Below are positions 44,712-59,080 of a DNA stretch of 64,000 nt, piece after piece (positions within the stretch are counted from its first letter, which is position 1; each line of letters starts with the position of its first letter). The notes below the pieces were generated by a model. That model saw nothing but the letters and a program-made list of their open reading frames with translations, searched no databases and was not told where the DNA came from. The stretch is from Thiocapsa sp. (GTDB taxonomy: Bacteria > Pseudomonadota > Gammaproteobacteria > Chromatiales > Chromatiaceae). The stretch lies in assembly GCA_022340925.1 (NCBI GenBank), contig JAJDNA010000042.1, positions 45,612 to 109,611 of the forward strand. The letters are read 5' to 3'. A program made the translations under genes and the position numbers.

Positions 44712-46644
44712 CAGGCGGCGATGTGTCATCCGAGGCCGGTTCCGGCTCTGCCAGGTCGCGTGCATAGTCCCGGGGCGGAGGGGTCCAGCCGCGGTCGGTG
44801 CGATCGTGGAGCTGCAGGCGATCGGCGGCCAGGACCTCAGCCAGATTCTGGCGATGGGCATGGATCCCGGCGAGCAGCGCGCGATTGGTCGAGAGGTCGC
44901 GGTCCGCGTCCCAGAGCTCGTAGAGCTCGTCCAGGCCTTGCTCGTCGTGGCGGCGGAAGGCGCGGGTCATCTTCTCCACCTTGAACGGATGCAGACCCAA
45001 CGCCTTCAGGGCCTCTGCGCCGAGTGCCAGCGAAGCGTCGAAGACCTCTCGGATGGCGACGTCCGCCCCCGCCTGCCGCAGCAGATAGAGGTGATCGACG
45101 TCGAACGCGCGGGCCAGGATCCTGACCCGCGGATAGTGGCGGCGCACGTGTGCCACCAGCTGCACCGCGCGCTCCCGGTCGTCGATGGCGACGACCAGGA
45201 CACGGGCCTCGTCGATACCGGCCGCGAGGAGGAGGTCGGGGCGTGAGGCGTCGCCGAAGTAGCTGCGGATGCCGACCTTGGACATGGTTTCCACCTGGCC
45301 CGCCTGGTGGTCCAGGACCACTGTGCGGACTCCGCTCGCCACCAGCAGGCGGTTGACGATCTGGCCGAAGCGGCCGATTCCAGCGATCACGACGGTGCCC
45401 CGCTGATCGATGGCGTCCGGCTCGCGGGTGCCGCCGGCGCGCAGGCGCGGCTCGATCAGGTGCTCGTACAGGATGAATAGGGCGGGCGTCAGGAGCATCG
45501 AGAGGGCGATCACGAGGGCGAGCGTCTTCGTGAGGTCTTGCGTCAAGACGTGGTTCTGAGCGGCGAAGCTCAGCAGCACGAAGCCGAACTCACCGGCCTG
45601 GGCCAGGCCCAGGGTGAACAGCCAGCCGTCGCCGGGTGTGAGCCGGAACAGGCGGGCTAGCGCGAGCAGAACAGCCGCCTTCAGAAGCATGACCCCCAGG
45701 GTCAAGCCGATCAGGGTCAAGGCATCCGCGAACAGGACATCGAAGTCGATCCCGGCCCCGACCGTGATGAAGAAAAGACCCAGGAGCAGACCCTTAAAAG
45801 GCTCGATATCGGCCTCGAGCTCGTGCTTGAACTCGCTGTTGGCCAGGACGACACCGGCGAGAAAGGTCCCCAAAGCGGGCGAGAGGTCCACCAGGGTCAT
45901 CAGCAGTGCGGTCCCGACGACCAACAGGAGCGCGCTGGCCGTGAAGATCTCGCGCAGCCGCGAGCCGGCGATGAAGCGAAACAGCGGGCGGGTGAGGAAC
46001 TGTCCACCCAGGACCACGAGCACCACGGCGCCGACGACCACCATGGCATAGGTCCAGCCAGAGAGGCCCTCGACCAGACTCAGGGATTCGCCATGGCTGC
46101 CCGGGTCGACCCCTGGAGGCGCGCCGAGCTCCGGGAGTGCGAGGAGCGGGATCAGGGCGAGCATCGGAATGACCGCGATGTCCTGGAACAGGAGCACCGC
46201 GAAGCTCGCGCGGCCGCCTTCCACCTTGGTCAGACCCTTCTCGCCGAGCGTCTGGAGCACAATCGCCGTCGAAGACAACGAGAAGATCAGACCGATCGCC
46301 AGTGCCGTCGTCCAGCTGCAGCCGAGCAGCATCCCGGCGGCACCGATCAACCCAGCCGAGAGGGTGACCTGGAGCCCGCCCAGCCCCAGGAGCCGGAGCC
46401 GCATCTCCCACAGGAGCCGGGGTTCCAGCTCCAGTCCGACGAGAAACAGCATCAGCACCACGCCAAGCTCCGCGACATGCTGGATCTCTGCGGTCTCCGA
46501 GCCCACCAGCCCGAAGACCGGCCCGATCAGGATGCCGGCAATCAGATAGCCCAGGACCGATCCCAGACCCAGGCGCTTGGCGATGGGCACCGCCACGACC
46601 GCGGCGCAGAGGTACACGAAGGCATGAAACAGGAGTCCGCCCAT
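44704..46644 (-). CDS. kefC: Glutathione-regulated K+/H+ antiporter (CPA2 family, KefB/KefC type)
   Basis: 646 aa. Na_H_exchanger membrane domain (GSVLGYLIAGILIGP). C-terminal TrkA-N/KTN domain with the GxGxxG motif VVIAGIGRFGQ. Confidence 0.9.
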   Translation of the reverse strand: MGGLLFHAFVYLCAAVVAVPIAKRLGLGSVLGYLIAGILIGPVFGLVGSETAEIQHVAELGVVLMLFLVGLELEPRLLWEMRLRLLGLGGLQVTLSAGLIGAAGMLLGCSWTTALAIGLIFSLSSTAIVLQTLGEKGLTKVEGGRASFAVLLFQDIAVIPMLALIPLLALPELGAPPGVDPGSHGESLSLVEGLSGWTYAMVVVGAVVLVVLGGQFLTRPLFRFIAGSRLREIFTASALLLVVGTALLMTLVDLSPALGTFLAGVVLANSEFKHELEADIEPFKGLLLGLFFITVGAGIDFDVLFADALTLIGLTLGVMLLKAAVLLALARLFRLTPGDGWLFTLGLAQAGEFGFVLLSFAAQNHVLTQDLTKTLALVIALSMLLTPALFILYEHLIEPRLRAGGTREPDAIDQRGTVVIAGIGRFGQIVNRLLVASGVRTVVLDHQAGQVETMSKVGIRSYFGDASRPDLLLAAGIDEARVLVVAIDDRERAVQLVAHVRRHYPRVRILARAFDVDHLYLLRQAGADVAIREVFDASLALGAEALKALGLHPFKVEKMTRAFRRHDEQGLDELYELWDADRDLSTNRALLAGIHAHRQNLAEVLAADRLQLHDRTDRGWTPPPRDYARDLAEPEPASDDTSPPDA

Positions 46645-46647
46645 CGT

Positions 46648-47298
46648 TCATGCCTCCCGGATCAGGCCTGCCAGGTCAGCGTTCAGACGCGGGGCGCGGC
46701 GCGCCCGCGCGACGTCGAGCCGGTCGTCGCGGAGGGCGGCGAGCACCCGCATCCAGTCGGCGATATGGGCCTCGACCCGGCCCTGCTCGACCGCGTTGCG
46801 GGCGTCGAACAGGGCAAAGGGGGGAAGATAGATCATGCCGCACAGCATCGCGGTCTGCTCGAAGGGTTGCAGCAGCTCGCGCAGCGTGAAGTGGTTGTAG
46901 CCCTCTGCACGGTAGGCCGCCTCGGGTCCGCCAGCACTCAAGGTGTTGAAGAAGATCTTCCCATGCAGCGCGGTTCCGCCGGACCCGTAGGCGAAGCCGT
47001 GCTCCAGAACCAGATCCTGCCATTCCTTGAGGATGGCCGGGGTCGAATACCAATAGAGCGGGTGCAGGAAGACGATGACCTCATGGCTGCGGAGCCTCGC
47101 CTGCTCTCGGTCTGCGTCGATCGTGAAGGTCGGATACTCGCCGTAGAGATCGACCAGGGTGACGCCCTCGAGGTTGGCGGCCGCTCGCGCCATCGGACGG
47201 TTGACCTCGGAGCGGTCCGGCGAAGGGTGCGCGAACAGCACGAGGATCCGGCGTCGGGGGGACGGGGCGGACCCAATGGCGCGGGGCGTCTCTTTCAT
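46648..47298 (-). CDS. kefG: KefG/KefF-type NAD(P)H quinone oxidoreductase (flavodoxin-like), Kef ancillary subunit
   Basis: ILVLFAHPSPDRSEVNR...FLHPLYWYSTPAILKEWQDLVLEHGFAYG is the KefF/KefG signature. It ends 4 nt before the kefC start. Confidence 0.8.
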   Translation of the reverse strand: MKETPRAIGSAPSPRRRILVLFAHPSPDRSEVNRPMARAAANLEGVTLVDLYGEYPTFTIDADREQARLRSHEVIVFLHPLYWYSTPAILKEWQDLVLEHGFAYGSGGTALHGKIFFNTLSAGGPEAAYRAEGYNHFTLRELLQPFEQTAMLCGMIYLPPFALFDARNAVEQGRVEAHIADWMRVLAALRDDRLDVARARRAPRLNADLAGLIREA

Positions 47299-47315
47299 CT
47301 TAGCGGGCTCGTTGC

Positions 47316-48002
47316 TCAGTGCCGAGACGGGGTGTCCGTCCCCAGAGCTGCCAGGATCAGCGTCAGCCGTTGTCGCGCCGCGGTGACATCCAGGCCGCAG
47401 GCCGCTCGGTCCTCCAGCAGGCGAACGGCTTGGTCCGCGAGCTCTGCACACTCGCCGGTGTCGAAGAGCTCCAGCACGGCCGCGACCTCGTCCAAGGACG
47501 CGGAGAGCACGGCCGGGGCCAGCTCCTCCGGCCCGATGGGCGACTCCGGATGCAGGAGGTCCGCGACCAGGGGCTGCTCCAACAGGCGAAAATGGATCTG
47601 ACGCGCCTCTTCCTCTTCTGCCAACTCCCGACTGGCGAGTGGATCGGCGCCGGCCGTGCGCCTGACGGCCTGCATGATCAAGCCGATCAGCCTGCGGATC
47701 GCCGCGCGTTCCTCGGCATGGGATTCGGGCAGTCCAAAGGACTGCTCATAATGCCTTTCAAGCGCCGCCTTCAGTTCCAGGACAGGCTCGCTGCCGGCAT
47801 CCGGCGGGAGCTCCACAGCGCGCTGGACGAGTGCGCGAAAGCGCTCGCGAAAGGACTCCATCTCTTCGTGATCGGCCTTCTGGGCAGCCAGCAGCGCCTC
47901 TGGCGGAACGGCTTGCGGCGGCCAATGAAAGAGTGGGTTCTCATGGCGACGTCGCAGATGGCGTTCGCGTCGCCCCGGCTTGTAGGTGAAGGGAAGCTCC
48001 AT
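47316..48002 (-). CDS. Hypothetical protein (acidic, helical)
   Basis: 228 aa with compact spacing (18 nt) to kefG and coding-like composition. No recognisable motif. Confidence 0.55.
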   Translation of the reverse strand: MELPFTYKPGRRERHLRRRHENPLFHWPPQAVPPEALLAAQKADHEEMESFRERFRALVQRAVELPPDAGSEPVLELKAALERHYEQSFGLPESHAEERAAIRRLIGLIMQAVRRTAGADPLASRELAEEEEARQIHFRLLEQPLVADLLHPESPIGPEELAPAVLSASLDEVAAVLELFDTGECAELADQAVRLLEDRAACGLDVTAARQRLTLILAALGTDTPSRH

Positions 48003-48249
48003 GAGTGGTCAGCCAGGTCCAGGTGAGGGGGCAGGAAAGGGCCACCATCTCGACAGCAAGAACGGGAGCCGCGAGGCACGACCGGGGGGCCGTATGATTG
48101 AGGTGACCGACCGATTCGACGACGCGAGACGGATACCGCGTTTCCTGCTCGCGCATTGCCTGGGCAGGGGCAGCCAACCCCCCGGATGTCCTCGGGCACT
48201 CATCTCCTCCATGCTTTCCACCGCGGCTCGCCGGCTGGGACGCGCACAG

Positions 48250-49125
48250 TCATCCCTGAGGGCTTGGTTCGCGGCTCAGTGCCTCATACAGCGCAGAGTA
48301 ATCCTTGTCACCGAGGCCCGCTGCCTCTGCACGAGCACAGATCCGCTCCATCGCAGCGATGAGGGTGATGTCCAAACCGCGCTCCTCGGCCACCTGCTGG
48401 AACAAACGGACGTCCTTGCGCAGATGCTTGAGCGGAAAGTTTGCATCCCCGTAGGCATGGCTCAGGTACCTATCGAGTTTTTTGTCGAAGGTCTTGGCAT
48501 AGAGTGCACTGCCTCGCAGCAGGCCCATGAACTGGTCGACATCGATGCCCTCGCGGCGGACCAACGCGAGACTCAAGGCGAAGCTGGAGGTCAGTCCGGC
48601 GATCAGCTGATTCATGGCGAGCTTGAGCGCGGCGGCCTGTCCGACCGCGCCGATCCACTGAGGGTTCGCGCTCAGGTCCTTGAGGACGGGCAGCGAGCGC
48701 TCGTAGAGCCCGCGGTCGCCCCCGGCCATAAGGATCAAAGCGCCCTCCCGCGCCTCGGGGAGACTGCCGAGCACAGGTGCCTCGAGGTAGTCACCACCGC
48801 GGCCCTCGACCCGTTTGGCGATCTCGCGGCTCTCGCCAGGGGCGATGGTGCCCATCTGGATGAAGGTCCTCCCCGCCATTGCAGACGGATCGAGGTGGGC
48901 GAACAGGGTCTGCTCGATTGCGTTGGCGTCGCTCAGGACGAGCACGATCAGGTCGCTCGCGACGACCGCCTCGGCAGGCGTCGCGGCCAGGTTGAGTCGC
49001 TGTTGTGCGGCCGCCTCGCGGTGAGCCGCGCCCCGGTTCCATCCGATGACCTCGCGTCCCTGCCGTTGCAGCCGCACGGCGATCTCGCCACCCATCAGAC
49101 CCAGGCCTAACACGGAGATCTTCAT
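48250..49125 (-). CDS. NAD(P)-dependent oxidoreductase, 3-hydroxyisobutyrate/6-phosphogluconate dehydrogenase-like
   Basis: The ATG at 49125 opens MKISVLGLGLMGGEIAVRL (GxGxxG Rossmann). The C-terminal NAD_binding_11-like helical domain has AALKLAMNQLIAG. Confidence 0.8.
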   Translation of the reverse strand: MKISVLGLGLMGGEIAVRLQRQGREVIGWNRGAAHREAAAQQRLNLAATPAEAVVASDLIVLVLSDANAIEQTLFAHLDPSAMAGRTFIQMGTIAPGESREIAKRVEGRGGDYLEAPVLGSLPEAREGALILMAGGDRGLYERSLPVLKDLSANPQWIGAVGQAAALKLAMNQLIAGLTSSFALSLALVRREGIDVDQFMGLLRGSALYAKTFDKKLDRYLSHAYGDANFPLKHLRKDVRLFQQVAEERGLDITLIAAMERICARAEAAGLGDKDYSALYEALSREPSPQG

Positions 49126-49246
49126 GGCATGCGCTCCCGTTGGTGCTTGTCGCAGTGCTCGGCATACCGAGCCCGTTCGGTTCAGCGTGCCCGGCCGCCC
49201 GCCTCTGGTGAGGCGGAGGGTTGCCGGTGCAGGGAACCTGCGCGGT

Positions 49247-50077
49247 TCAGCGCCCTGCTTGAGCGTGGCGCAGCATCGCGATGACCGGGGCAGTATCCGG
49301 GCGGACGCCGCGCCATGACCAGAAGGATTCGGCGGCCTGCTCGACCAACATCCCGATTCCGTCGATCGCGCGAGCAGCGCCGTGATCCCGTCCCCAGAGA
49401 AGGAAGGCCGTGGGCGTGTCGCCGTAGAGCATGTCGTAGGTCCAGCCGCCCGGCGCCAGACAGTCATCCGGAATCGCCGGGACGACGCCGCTCAAGCCGG
49501 CCGCGGTCCCATGGATGATGAGGTCGAATCGTTCGCCGTCCAACTGATCGAAGCCGCGCGCCTCGACGTGGCCGAACGGCGCTCCCAGACCTGTCAGCTG
49601 CTCGGCCCTGGAGACCGTTCTGTTGGCGATGACCAAGCGGTCGATTCCGCTCTCGAGCAGCGGGTTCAGAACCCCGCGCGCCGCCCCACCGGCCCCCAGC
49701 AGGAGGACCCTGGCCCCTTGAAAACGAAAGCCGTGGTTACTGGCGAGATCCCGCACCAGGCCGACCCCGTCGGTGTTGTCGCCGCGCAGTCGATCGCCCT
49801 CGAGTCGGGACAGGGTGTTGACTGCGCCGGCAATCTCGGCGCGCTGGGTCCGCTCATCCGCGAGCGCCCACGCCGCCTCCTTGAACGGGACCGTGACATT
49901 GAGGCCGCGGCCGCCCCGAGCAAAGAAGCGCCGGACCTCACCGGCAAAGTCGCCAGGATCGCCGAGGATGCGCTCGTACACGAGATCCTGCCCGGTCTCG
50001 CGCGCGAAGGCCGCGTGGATCTGCGGGGACTTGCTGTGGGCGATCGGGTTGCCGATGACGGCGTACTGATCCGGCAT
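49247..50077 (-). CDS. aroE: Shikimate dehydrogenase
   Basis: YAVIGNPIAHSKSPQIHAAF, NVTVPFKE, NTDGVG and LLGAGGAARG are present. The ATG at 50077 fits the homolog N-terminus. Confidence 0.9.
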   Translation of the reverse strand: MPDQYAVIGNPIAHSKSPQIHAAFARETGQDLVYERILGDPGDFAGEVRRFFARGGRGLNVTVPFKEAAWALADERTQRAEIAGAVNTLSRLEGDRLRGDNTDGVGLVRDLASNHGFRFQGARVLLLGAGGAARGVLNPLLESGIDRLVIANRTVSRAEQLTGLGAPFGHVEARGFDQLDGERFDLIIHGTAAGLSGVVPAIPDDCLAPGGWTYDMLYGDTPTAFLLWGRDHGAARAIDGIGMLVEQAAESFWSWRGVRPDTAPVIAMLRHAQAGR

Positions 50078-50332
50078 GGGATGCGGTTGATCAACCTGCT
50101 CTGAGATGTCTTGGGAGGCCCTGATCTTTGTGGCCATCCTTGCCAAAAACAGGAGGGTACGGCAATGCGCGAGCGTTCCGCGCGGGGCAGGAGGCAGCGA
50201 CGCGTCCGGTGCGTCTCCAGGATGGATCAGTTCGCCTTAGCCGCTCTGTGAGGATGGGTAAGGGCAGCGCTTCCGCCACCGCACCGAAGGCCCGCGGACG
50301 TGACGCCGCACCAAAGGGGCAGCCCAGACGCC

Positions 50333-51400
<1,068 letters not shown>

Positions 51401-51528
51401 TCAGGGGCGATACAATATCTCAGGGCGGTGGCGCGGCTCCAGTCCGGCGGCGCCGGCGCCGCGAATAAGTGAATTCTGATACAGTCACGCATCGGCCATT
51501 TGTCACGCACCGACGGTCCAGTCCCGAC

Positions 51529-51915
51529 ATGGCGAGCCCAGGCGAGCATTCCGACCATATCTTCGACGTCGATACCGAGCGCTTCCAGCGCGAGGTGATC
51601 CAAGCCTCCGAGGCCGGTCCTGTCCTGGTGGATTTCTGGGCCGACTGGTGTGCTCCCTGCCACGCCTTGGCGCCGCACCTGGGGCGAGTCGTCGCGGACC
51701 TCGGTGGGCGGGTGCGTCTAGCCAAGATCGAGGTCGACGAGGGCGACAACATGAAGCTGGCGGGACGCTACCAGCTCAGAGGTTTCCCGACCGTGATCCT
51801 CTTCCACGACGGCCAGGAGCTCGGCCGATTCAGCGGGGCACGCTCCCGGCATCAAATCCTCGACTGGCTGCGCACGCATCTCCCCGACGGGCTCGTGGGG
51901 TCCGCTGTGTCCTGA
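51529..51915 (+). CDS. Thioredoxin
   Basis: VLVDFWADWCAPCHALAP (WCxPC) and GFPTVILF are present. The ATG at 51529 gives 128 aa. Confidence 0.85.
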   Translation: MASPGEHSDHIFDVDTERFQREVIQASEAGPVLVDFWADWCAPCHALAPHLGRVVADLGGRVRLAKIEVDEGDNMKLAGRYQLRGFPTVILFHDGQELGRFSGARSRHQILDWLRTHLPDGLVGSAVS

Positions 51916-52011
51916 GCAGCGTGGTCAGTCGGCGGTTTCTCGGAGGGTTCCGCCCAGCACCTGGATGCCGTGCCGCGTTGACGATGGGCTCCGCGGTCCG
52001 ACCGGTCGAGC

Positions 52012-55246
<3,235 letters not shown>

Positions 55247-55254
<8 letters not shown>

Positions 55255-56329
55255 CGCCGTGCTCCGATGCGCCCCGGCGATCCGCGGCTGTCTGGGACTT
55301 CAAGACCACGCCCGCCGCAATCGGATCGAGTGCGACCCGCTCGCCCTCGCTCATGCCGGCGAGCACGACGAAGGCGTCCTCCAACGCGCGACCCAGCCTG
55401 ATCTGACGGAAGCCGACGTCGCCGTCGTCAGCGACGACATATACTCCGGTCACCTCAGAGCGATGGACCACGGCATCGGCGGGGACCACCAGCTCCGCCT
55501 TTTCAGCGATCTCGAACCCGGTCTTGACGAACATCCCGGGGAAGAGTGTCCGGGTGCCCTCCGGCAGGTCCAGTCGAACGGTGAAGGTGTTGGAGCCCAT
55601 ATCGGCAAACGGGAACACGGTGATCCGCTTGCTGAGGATCGTCTCACCCGAGTCCGTATAGACGCGGGCGCTGCCGCCGCGGCGCACCGAGGGTATGACG
55701 CTTTGCGGCACGTCCACGATCACCCGGAGCTCCTCCAACGAGATCCCGCTCATGACAGGCTGACCTGGGCTTGCGATCTCACCGACCTCGACATGGCGGT
55801 GGGTTACGATGCCCGAATAGGGTGCGCGGATCTGCGTGTAGTCCAACTGCTCCTGCGCCTGCTCGAGCCGCGCCCCGGCGGACTCGAGCTCGGCCTGGGC
55901 GGAGGCAAGGTCCGCCGTGGCCTGGTCCATGGCCGACTCGGAGACGTTCTTCTTCTCGAACAGACCGCGGATGCGGTCGTGCTCGTCCCGCGCCTGCTCG
56001 AGGCGTGCCGTTGCGGACTTGAGATCGGCCGCGGCTTGCGCAACCCGGGTGCGGTGCTCGGTATCCTTCAAGCGCACCACGACCATGTCCTTTTCAACGA
56101 AGTCGTCGACATCGAATAGGATCTCTTGAACCTGGCCCTGGGTCTGCGCGGAGACCGTGGTGCGGTTGACGGCCTCGACGACGCCGTCCAGACGGTATTC
56201 TCGCGGTAGGGTGCGGTATTCCACGGGGGCGGTTTCGAGCGCGCCCGGCCCGGTCGCTTGACTGTTCACGGCAACGAGCAGGGTTGCACCCGCGAGCACT
56301 CGGATCAGATGCATGTTGACGGTATCCAA
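55247..56329 (-). CDS. RND efflux periplasmic adaptor (membrane fusion protein)
   Basis: Signal peptide, lipoyl/hairpin region with coiled-coil (ATARLEQARDEHDR...AQAELESAGARLEQAQEQLDYTQIRAPYSGIV) and beta-barrel domains. Confidence 0.9.
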
Positions 56330-56739
56330 GAATATTAGATGTCGCTTATATTATCTCAATTTATAGAAAAATAAAATTGTTGATGTCTCTGCGGGGCCGG
56401 AGCACCCGCGCGGTCACCCTCATGCTGAGCCGCGCGTCTCGCAGTGGGGCACAAGATAACAAAGCTAACCGCCATCCGGAGGTTATTCCGAGTATCGCCC
56501 CCCCTGCAGATCCCCGCATACGCTGGTCCCAGATCCGAGTCCGATGGACAATATCCGTCGAATAGGCCTCCGGCACGGGTCGCAGGGTTTTCCCGGTGCG
56601 CAATGGCGCAGCCGGATGCCAGGCGTCTGCATCTCGAGCGTTGGGCCGCCCGGGCGCGGCGGATCCCTCCCTCGCGGCAGAGGGGCTGTTGCGACGTCCC
56701 GCCTTCGTCTTCCAAAGGTGATGCGATGAGGAGAGCCGC

Positions 56740-58557
56740 GTGAGCGCTTGGTCCGAGGACTTGATCCCGATCGATCGCGCCAAGACGCTGGACGGCCTGT
56801 TTGTTCAGCGCGTCAGGCGCTCGCCCGACCGCGTCGCCTACCGTCATTTTGAGCGGAATCGCGGCTGGAGCGAGCTCACCTGGGCCGAGATGGGCCGCTT
56901 GGTGGCTCGCTGGCACCAAGCGCTCGCGCAGGAGGCGCTCGAGCTCGGCGACCGGGTGGCGATCCTGCTGCGCAACAGCCCTGAGTGGGTGGTGCTCGAC
57001 CAGGCGGCGCTGTCGCTGGGCCTGATCACCGTGCCCCTGTACACCGACGATCGAGCAGAGAATGCGGTTTTCATCCTCCGCGATGCCGCGGTCAAGCTCC
57101 TGGTGATCCAGGACGCCGGGCGTTGGAGGCGGTTGGCGGCGGTGCTCGGTGATGTGCCGTGGCCCTTGCGGGTGGTGATCCTCGAGGCGAGTCCGGCCGC
57201 AAATGAGCTTGCGGCGGCGGACCCGCGTGTGGTCGTCGCCGCGGGCTGGCTGCCGGATGCCGCACCCGCGCTGGTGCAGCGTGATGGCGATCCGAATGGA
57301 CTGGCGACCATCGTCTATACCTCTGGCACTGCGGGACGCCCCAAGGGCGTCATGCTCAGTCATCGCAACATCCTGGGCAACGCGCATGGTGCCCTGGCCG
57401 CCATCGATTGTTACCAGGAGGATCGTTTTCTCTCTTTCCTGCCCCTGTCCCATGCCCTCGAGCGCACCGCCGGTTATTACCTGCCGATGATGGCAGGTGC
57501 CAGCGTCGCCTTCGCCCGCTCCGTCGTTCAACTCGCCGAGGACATGCAGGAGATCCGGCCAACCGTGATCATCGCGGTGCCGCGTGTGTTCGAGCGCGTT
57601 CACCGACGCATCCAGGATCAGATGGCCAGCCGGCCGGCGCCGATACGCTGGTCGCTGCGGCTCGCGGTCGCGTCGGGTTGGCGCGTCTTTCTGCGGGAGC
57701 AAGGACGCGGAGGGTGGCATCCGCTCTTGTTGCTCTGGCCGCTTCTGCGTCGCAAGGTCGCCGCTCAGGTGCTCTCGAAGTTGGGCGGCCAGCTGCGCGT
57801 CGCCGTCAGCGGCGGCGCCGCTCTGCCCGGTGACGTCGCGCGCACCTTCATCGGCTTGGGTCTGCCATTGCTGCAGGGCTATGGTCTCACCGAGACCAGT
57901 CCGGTCATCAGCTTCAATCCGCTCAACGACAACATCCCAGAGAGCGTCGGAGTCCCACTGCGTGGGATCCGGCTGCGCATCGGTGCCGACGACGAGCTCC
58001 TGGTGAAGGGCGAGAACGTGATGCTCGGCTACTGGAACAACCACGCGGCAACCGCCCAGGTCTTGTCGCAGGACGGCTGGTTGCGCACCGGTGACCAGGC
58101 GCGCCTGCAAGGCCGGCATCTCTTCATCACCGGGCGCCTCAAAGACATCCTGGTCTTGTCCAACGGCGAGAAGGTCCCGCCTGCGGACTTGGAGATGGCG
58201 ATCACCATGGATCCGCTGCTCGAGCAAGTGGTGGTGCTCGGCGAGGGCCATTCCTACCTGGCGGCTCTGCTGGTCCTGAATGCCGATCTCTGGCCCGCTC
58301 TCGCCCAAGAGCTCGGCCTGGATCCGGAGCGGCCGGAAAGCCTCGAGGATCCGCGCCTGAACAAAGTGGTCCTCAAACGCATCCGCTCGGCCTTGCACGG
58401 TTTTCCGGGCTACGCGAAGATTCGCCGGGCGACCTTGACGCTCGAGCCCTGGTCGATCGACAACGGCCTGCTGACGCCGACCCTGAAGGTCAAGCGATCG
58501 ACGGTCATGACGCGCTATCAGCAGGCCATCGAACGGATGTACCGCATGGACGCATGA
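56740..58557 (+). CDS. AMP-dependent long-chain acyl-CoA synthetase/ligase
   Basis: IVYTSGTAGRPKGVMLSHRNI (AMP-binding signature), GYGLTETS and TGDQARL are present. GTG start. The 743-aa antisense ORF 56356..58587 is rejected. Confidence 0.85.
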   Translation: MSAWSEDLIPIDRAKTLDGLFVQRVRRSPDRVAYRHFERNRGWSELTWAEMGRLVARWHQALAQEALELGDRVAILLRNSPEWVVLDQAALSLGLITVPLYTDDRAENAVFILRDAAVKLLVIQDAGRWRRLAAVLGDVPWPLRVVILEASPAANELAAADPRVVVAAGWLPDAAPALVQRDGDPNGLATIVYTSGTAGRPKGVMLSHRNILGNAHGALAAIDCYQEDRFLSFLPLSHALERTAGYYLPMMAGASVAFARSVVQLAEDMQEIRPTVIIAVPRVFERVHRRIQDQMASRPAPIRWSLRLAVASGWRVFLREQGRGGWHPLLLLWPLLRRKVAAQVLSKLGGQLRVAVSGGAALPGDVARTFIGLGLPLLQGYGLTETSPVISFNPLNDNIPESVGVPLRGIRLRIGADDELLVKGENVMLGYWNNHAATAQVLSQDGWLRTGDQARLQGRHLFITGRLKDILVLSNGEKVPPADLEMAITMDPLLEQVVVLGEGHSYLAALLVLNADLWPALAQELGLDPERPESLEDPRLNKVVLKRIRSALHGFPGYAKIRRATLTLEPWSIDNGLLTPTLKVKRSTVMTRYQQAIERMYRMDA

Positions 58558-58577
58558 CCGTGCCATCGGCAGCGATC

Positions 58578-58606
58578 TTGAACGCATGCCGACCAGCGCC
58601 TACACT
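58578..58606 (+). promoter_or_regulatory. sigma70-type promoter candidate for tRNA-Gly
   Basis: TTGAAC-N17-TACACT ends 12 nt before the mature tRNA 5' end, and a GC-rich discriminator follows. Confidence 0.4.
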
Positions 58607-58617
58607 AAGCGACCAGC

Positions 58618-58691
58618 GCGGGTGTAGTTCAATGGTAGAACTTCAGCTTCCCAAGCTGATAACGTGGGTTCGATTCCCATCACCCGCTCCA
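58618..58691 (+). tRNA. tRNA-Gly (anticodon CCC)
   Basis: GCGGGTG acceptor pairs with CACCCGC. D-loop AGTTCAATGGTAGAAC. Anticodon stem TCAGC/GCTGA with loop TTCCCAA. T-arm GGGTTCGATTCCC. Encoded CCA. 74 nt. Confidence 0.9.
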
Positions 58692-58703
58692 ATCCCCGGT
58701 CGC

Positions 58704-59036
58704 ATGCATCCCTTGTATCAAGCACGAGATCGCATTGAGGCCCAACTCCTCCGGGATTTCCTCGATCGGCACCTCGTTCGGGCCGTCGTGCTCGGAGAGC
58801 ATCTCTCGGGCGCCGCCGGGGGGCTTCCCGCCGACATCTATCCCACGGTCTGGATCCTCGAGGACGACGATCTTGAGCGCGGGCGCGATCTGCTCGCACG
58901 TTTCCAAGCGGATTGCGCGCGGCGAGGGTCCGCCTCGACCTGGACCTGCTCAGGATGCGGGGAGAGGGTGGAGGATGACTTCGACCGCTGCTGGAACTGC
59001 GGACGGGAACGCGCTGAGCCCGCCGCCGGGAACTGA
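58704..59036 (+). CDS. DUF2007-like small protein with C-terminal zinc ribbon
   Basis: MHPLYQARDRIEAQLLRDFLDRHLV...TVWILEDDDLERGRDLL (putative signal-transducing DUF2007 pattern) plus CSGC...CWNC. The track ORF start at 58554 would read through the tRNA and is rejected. Confidence 0.65.
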   Translation: MHPLYQARDRIEAQLLRDFLDRHLVRAVVLGEHLSGAAGGLPADIYPTVWILEDDDLERGRDLLARFQADCARRGSASTWTCSGCGERVEDDFDRCWNCGRERAEPAAGN

Positions 59037-59080
59037 GCCCTGTCCAGTCATCTCGCCGACCCCGCCGATCGCTGCCGGGC

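Noticed and set aside
45823-47601. 592-aa plus-strand ORF
   Set aside because: It is antisense to kefC, kefG and the hypothetical gene. It is highly charged and low-complexity.
56356-58587. 743-aa minus-strand ORF
   Set aside because: It is antisense to the acyl-CoA ligase, which carries the AMP-binding signature. It would also run through the AT-rich promoter patch.
58554-58703. N-terminal 50 codons of track ORF 58554..59036
   Set aside because: This stretch reads straight through the tRNA-Gly gene. The internal ATG at 58704 gives a protein that begins like DUF2007 homologs.
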